The notes: generated by a model not told the origin, from the letters alone. A DNA stretch of 64,000 bases from Actinomycetota bacterium (GCA_003132585.1 PKYG01000023.1:11841-75840); one strand, 5' to 3'. Positions 20,538-30,764 are shown, numbered from the stretch's first letter. A program made the numbers and translations.

Positions 20538-21830
20538 ATGATGAGCCTTCGCAGGAGCCGGCTGGCCCGAGCGGCGGTGCAACGCATAGGTGCCGCCAGA
20601 GCTGTCCTTCCTCTCAGGATCGCAGAGCTGCCGCTGCGTTTCGTTGTGAGGAGCGTCGTTTCCCGATGCCCGCGGGACCCATCCCTCCTCGTCTTTGGCG
20701 CATCGTCGGACCGTTTCGCCGATAACCCCGCCTATCTGTTCCTCCACCTGTCACGAGCATCCTCTTCTTTGCGATGCGTGTGGATAACCGACTCCAGGGA
20801 GCTTGTGCGGCGACTGCGCGAGAACGGCTTCGCCGCCGAGTTGCGCTGGTCGGGACCCGGTCTTTGGGTATGCGCGCGTGCCGGATGGTTCGTCGTCGGT
20901 GAGTATGTCTCCGACATCAACCGCTGGCTTCACGACGGAGCGGCGCTCTTCAACCTCTGGCACGGCATACCCCTCAAGACCATCGAGCGTGACATCAAGT
21001 CGGGGCCTTTGGCGTTCATGTTTCGAGAGGATTGGCCGTGGTCGCTCATGTTCGCCGTCTTCAAGGACGAGAGGCGGCGACCGGATGTCCTCCTCTCAAC
21101 GTCGGAGTTCGTCTCAGAGCGCTGCTTCTCGTCGGCATTCGGTGTCGGGACCGAGCGCTGCCTGAATGTCGGCTACCCCAGGAACGATCACTTCTTCAGC
21201 CGGCCCGACGCCCCGCCCAGCGACGTGTTGATAGCGGACAGGGCGGTCTGGGACCGGCTCAAGGCTGCCAGATTCGTCGTTGGGTACTTCCCAACCTGGC
21301 GAGACGACGACTCACGCTTCATCGGGCCCGATGGGCTCTCGCTCGACCGCCTGGCGGGTGCCGTGAGCGCGCAGGGCGGGCTGCTCGTGTTCAAGCCGCA
21401 CTTCGACATGGCACAGGAGATACCTGAATCCGACGCAATGGTCGTGCTGGACCGAAACGACGATCTCAGCGCATACCTCCACCTGTGCTCTGTTCTCATC
21501 ACCGACTACTCGTCAGTGGCCCTTGATTTCATGCTCCTTGACCGGCCGATCCTCTACTACGTTCCCGATCTCGATGAGTACCACAGCGCACGAGGCCTGT
21601 ACTTCACTCCCGAGGAGATGATGCCTGGGCCGCTCCTCAGGTCGCCAGAGGAACTCTACAGGGCCATCGAAAGCATTGGACCCGACCAGCCGCCCGACCC
21701 GCGGGCTTTCGAGCTGCGTGCCCGATTGTGGGACGGCTACGACGGACACGCGGCAGCTCACATACAGAGGTTCCTGGAGCACAGAAGTGGGGCGGCACAC
21801 GAGCCGCCGTCTGGTGGTGCGGTCGACTAG
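20538..21830 (+). CDS. CDP-glycerol glycerophosphotransferase (TagB/TagF family)
   Basis: LWHGIPLKTIERDI…GYFPTWRDD…DYSSVALDFMLLDRPILYYVPDLDEY matches the Glyphos_transf family. Confidence 0.75.
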   Translation: MMSLRRSRLARAAVQRIGAARAVLPLRIAELPLRFVVRSVVSRCPRDPSLLVFGASSDRFADNPAYLFLHLSRASSSLRCVWITDSRELVRRLRENGFAAELRWSGPGLWVCARAGWFVVGEYVSDINRWLHDGAALFNLWHGIPLKTIERDIKSGPLAFMFREDWPWSLMFAVFKDERRRPDVLLSTSEFVSERCFSSAFGVGTERCLNVGYPRNDHFFSRPDAPPSDVLIADRAVWDRLKAARFVVGYFPTWRDDDSRFIGPDGLSLDRLAGAVSAQGGLLVFKPHFDMAQEIPESDAMVVLDRNDDLSAYLHLCSVLITDYSSVALDFMLLDRPILYYVPDLDEYHSARGLYFTPEEMMPGPLLRSPEELYRAIESIGPDQPPDPRAFELRARLWDGYDGHAAAHIQRFLEHRSGAAHEPPSGGAVD

Positions 21831-22282
21831 GCTGACGGGGACTCGTCGTCCCGAGCGCTGTCGCTTGCTTCTTGCTGACCGTCAGGCCGTCTGCTTCGCA
21901 GGTGAACATTCTTCTTGATCTCCGTCGTGGAGATCTCTGGAGTCCTGGGAAGATAGACGACCTGGCAATGGTCCTTCAGGAAGTCGAACTCGCCCTTCCA
22001 GTCGTCTCCAATGACGAAGACGTCGACATGGTAGGTCTCGACATCCTCGATCTTCTGCTCCCAGCACGTCTCAGGGATGACCAGATCGACGTACCTAACG
22101 GCTTCAAGCAGTTCCTTTCGCTCTTCGTACGTGAAGAAGCACTGCTTACCCTTCAACTTGCTGAAGCCCTCAGTTGACAGGCCGACGATCAGGTACTGCC
22201 CCATGCTTCTCGCGCGCCGCAGAAGACTGATGTGGCCATAGTGCAGCAGGTCAAAAGATCCGTAGGTGATGACACGTTTCAC
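21827..22282 (-). CDS. tagD: Glycerol-3-phosphate cytidylyltransferase
   Basis: VKRVITYGSFDLLHYGHISLLRRARSMG…VDVFVIGDDWKGEFDF. GTG start at 22282 with an AAGGGGGA Shine-Dalgarno. GC lower than the surrounding genes. Confidence 0.85.
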   Translation of the reverse strand: MKRVITYGSFDLLHYGHISLLRRARSMGQYLIVGLSTEGFSKLKGKQCFFTYEERKELLEAVRYVDLVIPETCWEQKIEDVETYHVDVFVIGDDWKGEFDFLKDHCQVVYLPRTPEISTTEIKKNVHLRSRRPDGQQEASDSARDDESPSA

Positions 22283-22556
22283 CGATCCCCCTTGTGCGCT
22301 TCTCACTCCCTGAGGGTCGCTCAGCGACCCACACCTGTCAGCCTTCCCGGGATGACTTCTCTTCTACTCAGTGGGCGCTGGGCTCCGCGCCACCGCCATG
22401 CTTATCGCCAGCACGGCTGAGCTTACTCCGCAAGCTCACATGCGCACCAGCGGCAGTCAGCATCGGCAACTCGTCGGCTGCAGACCGACCTTCTACGGGA
22501 TTCTGGAGTTGCCCCGGTTTCGTGGACAGTTCTCGGCTAGCAATGCTAGCCCCTCA

Positions 22557-22630
22557 TGAGCTGGTCGGCGATCCTCGGGCCGACAACCATAACCTCAGGG
22601 TGGACCGATTTCGGGGGACAGGTCAGTCCG
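22557..22630. repeat. Copy X of the Q module of the multi-copy intergenic element family (see findings)
   Basis: ctggtcggcgatcctcgggccgacaaccataacctcagggtggaccgatttcggggg; related to 35890-35960, 58200-58286 and 53121-53150. Confidence 0.6.
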
Positions 22631-22886
22631 CGTCGATCAACTCGGCGAGCTGATTCACGAGTATCACCGAACAGCAGCGTCAGTCGGGATAAACGCACCC
22701 CTCACCGTGGTTCACGCGTCAAGTGACCTGACGCCATTCGTTCGTCCACCGTCTCTAGGAGCATCAACATACACCCGCAGCCCGCCCCAGACCGGTTAGA
22801 GTTGACACCGCACGGTGTGTCGCCACTCGCGAGCGACTTTTTGGCGTGCCCGTGGCGGCGCACTTCAAGATGACGGGAGACATGCG

Positions 22887-24131
22887 ATGATCACGATCGG
22901 CGCAGCGCTGGACGCCGTGCTTGCCTCGGCTCGCCCCCTGGGTGCAGAGGAGGTGCCGCTTGTCGAGGCCCTGGATCGCGTCGTGAGCGAGACTGTGACG
23001 TCTCCCACCGACCTGCCCCCGTTCACCAACTCGGCGATGGACGGGTACGCGGTGCGCGGCGAAGACCTGACCGGCGACCGGCAGTCGCTGCGTGTGATCG
23101 CCGAGATCCCTGCTGGCTCGGTCTCCGTCGCGCACGTTGGCGCCGGCCAGGCCGCGAAGATCATGACCGGCGCGCCGCTGCCCGCAGGCTCAGACACGGT
23201 GGTCCCTGTGGAACTGACCGAGCCGGCCTCTCACGCAGTCACGGTCGGCAGCAGCGTCGTCATCGGAGGCTCTGTCACCGCCGGCGCCAACGTGCGCCGT
23301 CGCGGAGAGGACTTGTCGAGCGGGGCGACCCTGTTGGCGCCGGGCCGCGTGCTCGGCCCGGCCGATCTGGGTCTGCTGGCAGCCGTCGGTCTGGCGACCG
23401 TGCGCGTCTCGAAGCGGCCTCGCGTCGCAATCCTCGCCACCGGCAGCGAACTGGTCGCCGTCGGGGAGCCACTCGGTCCGGGGCAGATTCGCGACGCCAA
23501 CTCGATCACGGCGTGCGGACAGGTCCTTCGGGCGGGAGGTCAGCCGCGGCTGCTCGGCATCGCACGAGACGATCGCGAGGACACGTGCCGGATGCTCGCG
23601 CAGGCTCTCGAAGCCGACGTCGTGGTCTCCTCCGGCGGTGTGTCGGTGGGGGAGTTCGATCTCGTCAAGGAGATGCTCGAGGAGCTCGGGGTCGACCGCC
23701 GCTTCTGGGGAGTCAAGGTCAAGCCCGGCTGGCCGCTCACCTTCGGCGTCAAAGGGGACACCCTGGTCTATGGGGTGCCGGGCAACCCGGTCGCCGCCAT
23801 GGTGTCCTTCGAGCTCTTCATCCGCCCGGCCATTCTGAAGCTACAGGGCCGCAGCGACGTCTATCGCCCGTGTGTCGACGCTGCCGCCGCAGAGCGCATC
23901 AAGCCGACCAAGCAGCGCGTCGAGCTCCCTCGCTGCCGCCTCATCCGCGGGGCAGGCGGGTGGACGTTTGCGAGGACCGGCCCGCAGGGTTCGGGGGCGC
24001 TCCGGTCGATGACACTCGCAGATGGGCTGGCGCTGGTTCCGGCCGGCTACCCCGGGAGCGAGTCTGGAGCCACGTTCCCGATCATGCTGCTCGACGGCAC
24101 CAGCAACGTGCGTCCACCGTTCCCCGAATGA
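22887..24131 (+). CDS. moeA: Molybdopterin molybdotransferase
   Basis: MITIGAALDAV…LPPFTNSAMDGYAVRGEDL… is MoeA/gephyrin-E-like over its full length. The ATG at 22887 is preferred over the ORF-track start at 22815. Confidence 0.85.
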   Translation: MITIGAALDAVLASARPLGAEEVPLVEALDRVVSETVTSPTDLPPFTNSAMDGYAVRGEDLTGDRQSLRVIAEIPAGSVSVAHVGAGQAAKIMTGAPLPAGSDTVVPVELTEPASHAVTVGSSVVIGGSVTAGANVRRRGEDLSSGATLLAPGRVLGPADLGLLAAVGLATVRVSKRPRVAILATGSELVAVGEPLGPGQIRDANSITACGQVLRAGGQPRLLGIARDDREDTCRMLAQALEADVVVSSGGVSVGEFDLVKEMLEELGVDRRFWGVKVKPGWPLTFGVKGDTLVYGVPGNPVAAMVSFELFIRPAILKLQGRSDVYRPCVDAAAAERIKPTKQRVELPRCRLIRGAGGWTFARTGPQGSGALRSMTLADGLALVPAGYPGSESGATFPIMLLDGTSNVRPPFPE

Positions 24132-24181
24132 GCTGAATGGGATCGGGGGCACGGCGTGCGGCGCTGCCGCGCGACCGGCGC

Positions 24182-25237
24182 TCAGCGCGCCGATGCCGCC
24201 GCGCCGCTCGCCGCCCGCGGCCGCGCCGGGAGCGGGAACGACCCGGGCTCCGCCACCAGCGCCGCCAGTGGGCACGCCTCGGCGCAGAGGCCACAGCCGG
24301 TGCATCTGGCGCCATCGACTTCGAGACTGCCCCCGTCCAGCCTGAGAGCCTCGTGCGGGCAGTAACGCACGCAGAGGCCGCACGCGTTACATTCGGCGCT
24401 CACCGCCACGGTGCCGAGGGGCAGCGACTCGGGAAGTGTCACCGGACCGGCTTCCGTCCCCTTGGCGAGCACGGACAGATCGCCGAGCAGCCAGACTCGC
24501 GTGGCCGGCGGCGGTGCCTGGCGATGCAGCTCGGCAACGGCGCGCTTCTGCGGGGCGATCGCCTCCGCCGCCGTGCGACGGAGGCCACGAGCGACGTAGG
24601 AGAAGAGGCCGCGCCGCGAGACCGACAACGCGTCCGACACTGCCTGCGGCGCGGAGCTGGGCACGCTGCCGCGGGTGATGATGGCATCCGCCCCCAGAAC
24701 TGACAGCGTCTCCGCGACGGTTTCGGTCGTGGCGTCGACCGCTGCGCCGGCCACCGCGTCGGCGCACGTGCCGCACTCGCCACTCAGGAGGCCGATCGTC
24801 ACGATGCCCAACGAGGCCGCCGCGATCAGGTCTGCCGCCGAGATCCCCCCGAGACATGGGACGACGATGACGTCGCGGACCGTGCCGTCATCGTCGTCCG
24901 CGCCCATGCCGACGCCGGCGTGGCGGCAGGCAAAACGGATCGTCCGCATGCACCCTGCCGCCACCTCCTGCAGGCGCTCCCGCAGAGCGGCGCTGCGCGC
25001 GACAAACGAGAGCGCCCCCGTCTTGCACACGGCCGCACAGGCGCCGCACGAGGTACAACGCTGTGGTTCGACCTGGAGCCATGTGGCGGACGTGATCGCC
25101 GCCGTGGGACAGACGTCGAGGCAGAGCCGGCACGAGCTGCCGCGGTATCGTGTGGCCACGCACAGCGGCGGTGCCACATCGGGCAAACGCAGGTCGAAAG
25201 CCCTCAGACCGGCGTCGACGAGGTTCAGACGGTCCAT
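24182..25237 (-). CDS. Multi-cluster [4Fe-4S] ferredoxin-type protein (electron-transfer partner of the Mo enzyme)
   Basis: Four or more CxxCxxCxxxCP motifs (CTSCGACAAVCKTG, CNACGLCVRYCP, CTGCGLCAEACP…). Start at MDRLNLVD (25237), 14 bp from the upstream gene stop. Confidence 0.65.
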   Translation of the reverse strand: MDRLNLVDAGLRAFDLRLPDVAPPLCVATRYRGSSCRLCLDVCPTAAITSATWLQVEPQRCTSCGACAAVCKTGALSFVARSAALRERLQEVAAGCMRTIRFACRHAGVGMGADDDDGTVRDVIVVPCLGGISAADLIAAASLGIVTIGLLSGECGTCADAVAGAAVDATTETVAETLSVLGADAIITRGSVPSSAPQAVSDALSVSRRGLFSYVARGLRRTAAEAIAPQKRAVAELHRQAPPPATRVWLLGDLSVLAKGTEAGPVTLPESLPLGTVAVSAECNACGLCVRYCPHEALRLDGGSLEVDGARCTGCGLCAEACPLAALVAEPGSFPLPARPRAASGAAASAR

Positions 25238-25250
25238 GCCGCGACGACCC

Positions 25251-26033
25251 CTAGCCTGCCGCATCCCCGTCGTCGGCGAGGCTTCCCTCCCCGAGCTCCA
25301 CGGACAGATGCGCGACGAGCAGATCGGACAGCGCCCGATAAAGCCCGCTCGTGGTGGCGGCCCCCACAGCCGCCGCGAACTCGGGCAGCCACAGGCCGGC
25401 GTGTTCGCGCAGGAACGCATCGAGCGCGCGACGCAGGCGCAGCGCCTCGTCGGTCGCCCCCTCGTCCCACGCGTCTTCTTCGCGGCGACACAGGGAGAAG
25501 AGAAACTCGAGCTCGATGGTGACGTGGTCGGGAAGCTCGCCCAGCTCCGCAACGGGAGCGGCGCCCTCGGCCGCGTAGGCGGTGGTGGCGAACGCCGCCG
25601 CCGCCCGATTCAGACGGCTCGGGCGCCGTGGGTCGGCATCGAGGTACTGCGATGCATAGCAGCGCACGGCCGGCGTTCCCGGTCCCGTGAACAGGCGTGC
25701 ATGCTCGACTCGCAGGTCACGCAGTGCAACAGCAGGATCGGCGTCGACCATCGCCGAGCCGGTCTGCGACAGGGCCTGGAACGCGGTCTCGTAGACAGCG
25801 GCATCGTCGCCGAGCCACGCGACTGCTGCGCGCAGACCGTCGTGCAGCTCACCGCTACGGAGTGCCTCGCAGTATGCCGGCGTGGGGTCCCCGAGGCCGA
25901 GGGCAAGAGCCTGATACACGGCGCCCCGGCGTGCGCACACGTCGGCCAGCCGCGCGGCCGGCTCGCCTTCCGGCGCGCCGGCCGCGCGGCCTAACGTCTG
26001 GCCGTGCGTGTCGCTCGGGTCGCCTTTGGTCAC
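25251..26033 (-). CDS. TorD/DmsD-family redox-enzyme maturation chaperone (C-terminal 260 codons of the 490-codon ORF)
   Basis: …YQALALGLGDPTPAYCEALR…LRVEHARLFTGPG…HVTIELEFLFSL… The GTG start at 26033 overlaps the NrfD stop (GTGA). The upstream part of the ORF overlaps nrfD in another frame. Confidence 0.55.
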   Translation of the reverse strand: MTKGDPSDTHGQTLGRAAGAPEGEPAARLADVCARRGAVYQALALGLGDPTPAYCEALRSGELHDGLRAAVAWLGDDAAVYETAFQALSQTGSAMVDADPAVALRDLRVEHARLFTGPGTPAVRCYASQYLDADPRRPSRLNRAAAAFATTAYAAEGAAPVAELGELPDHVTIELEFLFSLCRREEDAWDEGATDEALRLRRALDAFLREHAGLWLPEFAAAVGAATTSGLYRALSDLLVAHLSVELGEGSLADDGDAAG

Positions 26034-27288
26034 GTCGGCGACTTCTCCTTGAGCGGCAGGTACTTGATCGCCAGCGTGAACAGCAGGGCCGACAGCCCGA
26101 CGATGCCGAGCACGACCAGGAACTCCCACACCGATGGGAAGTAGACGCTGCTGGTGGCAAACGACGAACCGTTGGCTTGAGGCGTGCCCAGCGGCGTCCC
26201 GGGCGGCAGCGTTATGGGGTCCTTGCCCAAGCCGATCACGATGAGGTTGGCGCGGTGCACGAAGATGCCGATCAGCGCCAGCACCGACGCGGTCACTACG
26301 AACCGGGGCTGGCGTCGCAACGCGGCGCGGGCCATGAGGACGAAGGGAATCACCAGGCCGACGACGATCTCGACGCCGAAGCCCGGTGCGTAGCGCCCGG
26401 TGAACAGCTGGTGCACGGCATCGGTGGGGATGCCGGGGTAGTAGCCGGCGAGGACCTCGCAGAGCACGAGGAAGGCCTCGACCGCCAGGAAGACGGCGAG
26501 CAGGCCGCCCAGAAAGCCGCCCAGCTCGTCGCCGAACGAGACCCGGCCGCTGCGACGCACGATGAACGCCAGGATCGTCACCAAAGCGAGGCCCGAGACG
26601 AGTGCGGAGCTGATGAACAGCGGCGGCATGATCGCCGAATACCAGAAGCCGCGCGAGATCTGCAGGCCGAAGATCCAGGCGGTGATCGAGTGCACCAGTA
26701 CCGCCGCCGGCAACGCGATCCACGCCAGGGTGTACGTCAGATGGTGATCGTGAGCGCGAGCCTTGTCACTCGTATCCTTGGTCCCGAGCGCCATCCAGCT
26801 GCCGCGCGCGGCCAGGTCGCGTCTCATGTAGAGCCACAGGTAGAGCAACGAGAGCACCAGGTAGACCAGAATGACGGTGAGGTCCCAGATCATCGGCGAC
26901 AGCCAGTGCGGATGAAAGAAGAGGTTGTAGATCCGCCCGGCATGCCCCAAGTCGGGGATGATCAGGAGCGCCGCAGTGGCGATCGTCACCGTGGCCTCGA
27001 CAACGGCCAGGCGCACGATCGGCGTGAAGCGCTCGACGTTGAACAAACGCCCGGCCGAAGCCACGATGAGCCCGCCGGCAGACAGACCGACGAAGAACAT
27101 GAACGTGATGATGTAAACGCCCCAGATGACGTTGTCTCTCATGTGCGTGATCTGCAGCCCATGGATCATCTGGTAGATCCAGACGGCGAAACCGATGAGG
27201 ATCAGCGCGATGAGCACGCCGATCCACACCGTCATCGTGCGCGATCCACGAGCGGGGGCGGCAAGCGTGCTGTCTGTAGTGACGGTGC
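26030..27288 (-). CDS. NrfD/PsrC-type polysulfide-reductase-like integral membrane anchor subunit
   Basis: 8-10 TM helices; MTVWIGVLIALILIGFAVWIYQM…RDNVIWGVYIITFMFFVGLSAGG is typical of NrfD/PsrC. Start is GTG at 27288 (overlapping the upstream stop) or ATG at 27235. Confidence 0.8.
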
Positions 27289-27993
27289 TCACAGCGCACC
27301 TCCCACGGTGTTCGGACCTTGGCGGATGAGATAGTGCAGACTCGGCTTGGTCCCGCGCTCGGGGAAGACAACGTAGGACGGCCGGTCGCGAAGCAGGATC
27401 GACACCTTGCTGTTGGGGTCGTCGAGGTCGCCGAAGACGCGCGCCCCGGTGGGGCAGGCAACGACACAGCGCGGCAAGAGGCCGTCCGATGTGCGTTGCA
27501 CACAGAAGGTGCACTTCTCAACGACGCCCTTGGGCCGGGCCGGCGTCTCGCCGACGACAGTGACGCTCGCCGGCGGCTCCTGTACGGGCGCCCGCCAGTT
27601 GAACACGCGGTTGTCGTAGGGACAGGCCACCATGCAGTAGCGGCAGCCGATGCAGCGGTCGTAGTTCACGTTGACGATACCGTTGGGCATCTTGTAGGTC
27701 GCCTGCGTCGGGCAGGCCTTGACGCAAGGCGGATTGTCGCAGTGGAAGCAGTTGGTGGACTGATACGACATGGTCAGGGCGGGGAAGGTACCCGCGGGCA
27801 CGTCCATGGCGTCCCCGCCGACGGTCAGCACACGCAGCCAGTAGAGCCCGATGCCGACGTCCTGTTGCTCTTTGCATGCCACGGCACAACTCCAGCAACC
27901 GATGCACCTGTCTTGATCGACGACCATCCCCAGGCGCGTGGCTTTCTGCAGCGCCGGGTCGGGGACATCGATTCCAACATAGGACGTACTCAT
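27289..27993 (-). CDS. 4Fe-4S subunit of molybdopterin oxidoreductase (PsrB/DmsB/NrfC-like)
   Basis: CIGCWSCAVACK…, CFHCDNPPCVKACP…, CIGCRYCMVACP…, CTFCVQR…CVVACP (four FeS cluster motifs). Confidence 0.85.
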   Translation of the reverse strand: MSTSYVGIDVPDPALQKATRLGMVVDQDRCIGCWSCAVACKEQQDVGIGLYWLRVLTVGGDAMDVPAGTFPALTMSYQSTNCFHCDNPPCVKACPTQATYKMPNGIVNVNYDRCIGCRYCMVACPYDNRVFNWRAPVQEPPASVTVVGETPARPKGVVEKCTFCVQRTSDGLLPRCVVACPTGARVFGDLDDPNSKVSILLRDRPSYVVFPERGTKPSLHYLIRQGPNTVGGAL

Positions 27994-28045
27994 CGCTCGC
28001 CCCCTTTCTTCAGGCCCGCTCTCTCAGAGACTCCGGTCATCGTCG

Positions 28046-30577
28046 TCACGCCCCTTCCACCTGCACGAGGCAGTCGTAGTAGGCGGCGTTGGACGGGAAG
28101 TTGGGGATCACCGACTGGGCCGGGTTCGCGAGCTGGTGCGTCAGGTTGTTGGGATGACCCTCGACGTACTGCTTCACCGCGTTGCTGTCCCAGCCGCCCT
28201 GGTAACAGTTGACCACACCCGGCTTGATCGCCTCGGTCAGCTTAGCGTGGACCTTCATCTCACCGCGGTCGTTGAACACCCTGACCACCTGACCCTCAGC
28301 GACGCCGCGCGCCTGCGCGTCGCTGGGGTTGATCTCGAGGAAGCCCTGCCCGTTGGCCGTCACCTCATTCAGCCACGGCAGGTCGCAGTACTGCGAGTGC
28401 GTGCGGAACTTGGTGTGGGTCGACAGGAACGTCAGCGGATACTTTCCGGCCAACACGTTGTTGGGTGACGCCTCGATCGGCTCCTTGTAGTCGCAGACCT
28501 CCTGCCCGTAGGGCACGAGCATCTCGACGTAGAACTCGATCTTGCCGGACTTGGTCGGGAACTCCTTGTTGAAGAACGGGACGTACGGCACCGTCGGCAT
28601 GTTGAGGTGCGGGGCGCCGCTGACGAGCTGCCCCCACTTGAGTCCGGCCACGGTGGCGTCGGCATGCGCCGGGTCGCCGATGTGGAGCATCTCCTTGAGA
28701 TACTCGTCGGGGGTCTTGTTGAAGTACTGACCGACGCCCATCTTCTGCGCGACCATGCTCACCCCATCAAGATCCGACTTCGACTCCCACAACGGCTTGA
28801 CCACCGTCGGCATGTACTGGAGGTAAAAGCTGTTGGACGAGAGCAGATCGGTCTTCTCCATGTAAGTGCACGCCGGCAGCACCACGTCGGCGAGGTCGGC
28901 GGTGGCCGACATCACGTAGTCGGACACCACGAGGAAGTCCAGCGACTTGAGCGCCTTGATGACCGTGTTGCGGTCGGACATCTGCTGGGCGTAGTTGTCG
29001 ACCATGAACCAGGCGGCGCGTAGCGGGTGCGGCTTGTTCGTGAGCATGGCTTCGCAGGCCTGCATCGGCTGCATGACGGTGAACATGGTGGTGCCCGCGG
29101 GAGCCCACCAGCCGGGAAGGTCGAACGCCAGGGTCGTGAGTCCTCCGGCGAAAGTGGTCACGCCGCCGCCGTGCTCGCCGATGTTGCCGGTCAACGCCTG
29201 CAGGGTCAGCATCGCCTGCATGGTGAGGTCGCCGTGATACCAGTGGGAGAGGGCAAAACCGGCGCGGATGCCGACCGGATGAGTCGTGCCCCAGAGTTTG
29301 GCCAGCGCGACGATGTCGGTGGCCGCGATGTCGGTGAGCGACGCGGTGTATTCCGGCGTGTACTTGGCGACGGCGTCGGCGAGCACCTGGAACGCCGTCG
29401 GGGCTTTGAGCCCGCCGGCCGCAAACGTGCCGAGCAGCTGCGGCCGGCGAGCGCCCTTGGCCGCCGCGAGCTTGCCGCCGGCGGTGGCGACGACGTAGTC
29501 GTTGCCACCGAGACCGACATCCTTCGTGCGTAGCCACTTCTTGGTCTTCGGATTCACAAGGTAGGGCGCGACCGTGTACTGCTGCAGGTAGGTCGTGTCG
29601 TAGAGCCGCTGCTGGATAATGTAGTTGATCACCGCATCGGCGAGGGCGGCGTCGGTGCCCGGCCGGATAGGCAGCCACGCGTCGGAGCCGGCCGAGGTCG
29701 CCGTATAGCGGGGGTCGATGCTGACGACGGTGGCACCCTGCGCCTGCGCGTCCTTGATGACGCGCCAATCGGGGATCGATGTCTCAGCGACGTTGTTGGC
29801 CCAGAGCACGATCACCTTGGAGGAAAGGAAGTCGGTGGACTCGTGACCGTCGAAGAAGCCGCCACCGTTGCTCGGGTTGGCCGGGTCGACAAGCACGTAA
29901 TTCCAGCCGGCCGGGGTGGAGCTGTCGCCCTCGTTGTCGCCTTCGAAGTCGCCGGCCACGGCGCCGATCGCGCTGGCGAAGCGGAAGCCCACGCCGACAA
30001 CCCCTTCGAGAACGCTCAACGAGCCCGTGTACGGCGCGATCCACACCGAGTCCTTGCCGTACTTGGTCTGCACCTTTTTCAGGTTGTCGGCGATCATCGT
30101 GCTCGCCTCGTCCCAGCTGATCCGCTGCCACTGGCCCGAGCCGCGCTCTCCGACCCGCTTGTACGGGTACTTGATGCGCTCGGCGCTGTAGAGGTTCTCG
30201 AGCTGCGCCACGCCGCGCAGGCAGATGCGCGGCGGATACGACTGGGGGATCGACCGTCCGTCGATCGTCGTCTTGTCGTACGGCGCCCCCTCGACCAGCT
30301 TCACCTTGCCGTCGGCGACATGCACGAGATGACCGCAGGCGCCGTCGCAGTTATTGGAGTGTCCGGTGCGGATCAGCTGCTCGGGTACGGTTGGGGCGGC
30401 CGCATCGGCCCGCTGCAGCCCGCCGAGGAAGAGATCGTCGGCAGCGCCTCCCAGGGCCGCCGCGGCTCCGGCCGTCGCGACGCTGCCGATCAGGAACTTG
30501 CGGCGGTTGAAACGCCTGCCGCCCGGCGCGTCCTCCCCTCGCCCAGCGACGTTCGTCACATCGACTTCGTCCGTCAT
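28046..30577 (-). CDS. Tat-exported molybdopterin (bis-MGD) oxidoreductase catalytic subunit, PsrA/PhsA/TtrA-like
   Basis: Twin-arginine signal GRRFNRRKFLIGSVATAGAAA. FS0 motif H-x3-C-x3-C (HSNNCDGACGH). Molybdopterin oxidoreductase and dinucleotide-binding domains. ATG at 30577 is preceded by GGAGGAGG; an in-frame ATG 48 nt upstream is an alternative start. Confidence 0.85.
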   Translation of the reverse strand: MTDEVDVTNVAGRGEDAPGGRRFNRRKFLIGSVATAGAAAALGGAADDLFLGGLQRADAAAPTVPEQLIRTGHSNNCDGACGHLVHVADGKVKLVEGAPYDKTTIDGRSIPQSYPPRICLRGVAQLENLYSAERIKYPYKRVGERGSGQWQRISWDEASTMIADNLKKVQTKYGKDSVWIAPYTGSLSVLEGVVGVGFRFASAIGAVAGDFEGDNEGDSSTPAGWNYVLVDPANPSNGGGFFDGHESTDFLSSKVIVLWANNVAETSIPDWRVIKDAQAQGATVVSIDPRYTATSAGSDAWLPIRPGTDAALADAVINYIIQQRLYDTTYLQQYTVAPYLVNPKTKKWLRTKDVGLGGNDYVVATAGGKLAAAKGARRPQLLGTFAAGGLKAPTAFQVLADAVAKYTPEYTASLTDIAATDIVALAKLWGTTHPVGIRAGFALSHWYHGDLTMQAMLTLQALTGNIGEHGGGVTTFAGGLTTLAFDLPGWWAPAGTTMFTVMQPMQACEAMLTNKPHPLRAAWFMVDNYAQQMSDRNTVIKALKSLDFLVVSDYVMSATADLADVVLPACTYMEKTDLLSSNSFYLQYMPTVVKPLWESKSDLDGVSMVAQKMGVGQYFNKTPDEYLKEMLHIGDPAHADATVAGLKWGQLVSGAPHLNMPTVPYVPFFNKEFPTKSGKIEFYVEMLVPYGQEVCDYKEPIEASPNNVLAGKYPLTFLSTHTKFRTHSQYCDLPWLNEVTANGQGFLEINPSDAQARGVAEGQVVRVFNDRGEMKVHAKLTEAIKPGVVNCYQGGWDSNAVKQYVEGHPNNLTHQLANPAQSVIPNFPSNAAYYDCLVQVEGA

Positions 30578-30658
30578 GTGTCGCCTCCTCCGTATGCTCC
30601 GCACCACTGCAGCGGCGGGCGACATGGGTCGCTGCGCCGGCCGTGCGGGTCCTGCGCT

Positions 30659-30764
30659 CCTTTCCGAGCACGGGGAGGCCTGAGCGTTTCCGGTCAGGCC
30701 CACGGCGACACCTGGTGAGGGTGTCGCCCCACGGTCTGTCCGTGGTACGGCCGGCCGCCCGTAG
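30659..30764 (-). promoter_or_regulatory. Copy A of a ~105-nt structured leader RNA element (sense on the minus strand, in the 5' UTR of the Mo-enzyme operon); a sigma70-like promoter lies at ~30822-30850
   Basis: Reverse complement is ~85% identical to 31017-31118. Internal hairpins carry compensatory changes between copies. On the minus strand, -35 TTGCCA and -10 TACGAT lie upstream. Confidence 0.55.

Noticed and set aside
25251-26723. 490-codon ORF as a single gene
   Set aside because: Only the C-terminal ~260 codons resemble a TorD-family chaperone. The N-terminal part is Arg/Pro-rich and overlaps the bona fide nrfD gene in another frame. A GTG at 26033 overlapping the nrfD stop gives a sensible start.
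25697-27334. 545-codon plus-strand ORF (and similar long Arg-rich ORFs at 18296-19780, 31658-33289, 38443-39636, 47275-48690, 20067-20747)
   Set aside because: Antisense or other-frame shadows of real genes in high-GC DNA: extreme Arg/Pro/Gly bias, no domain signatures, and complete overlap with well-supported genes on the opposite strand.
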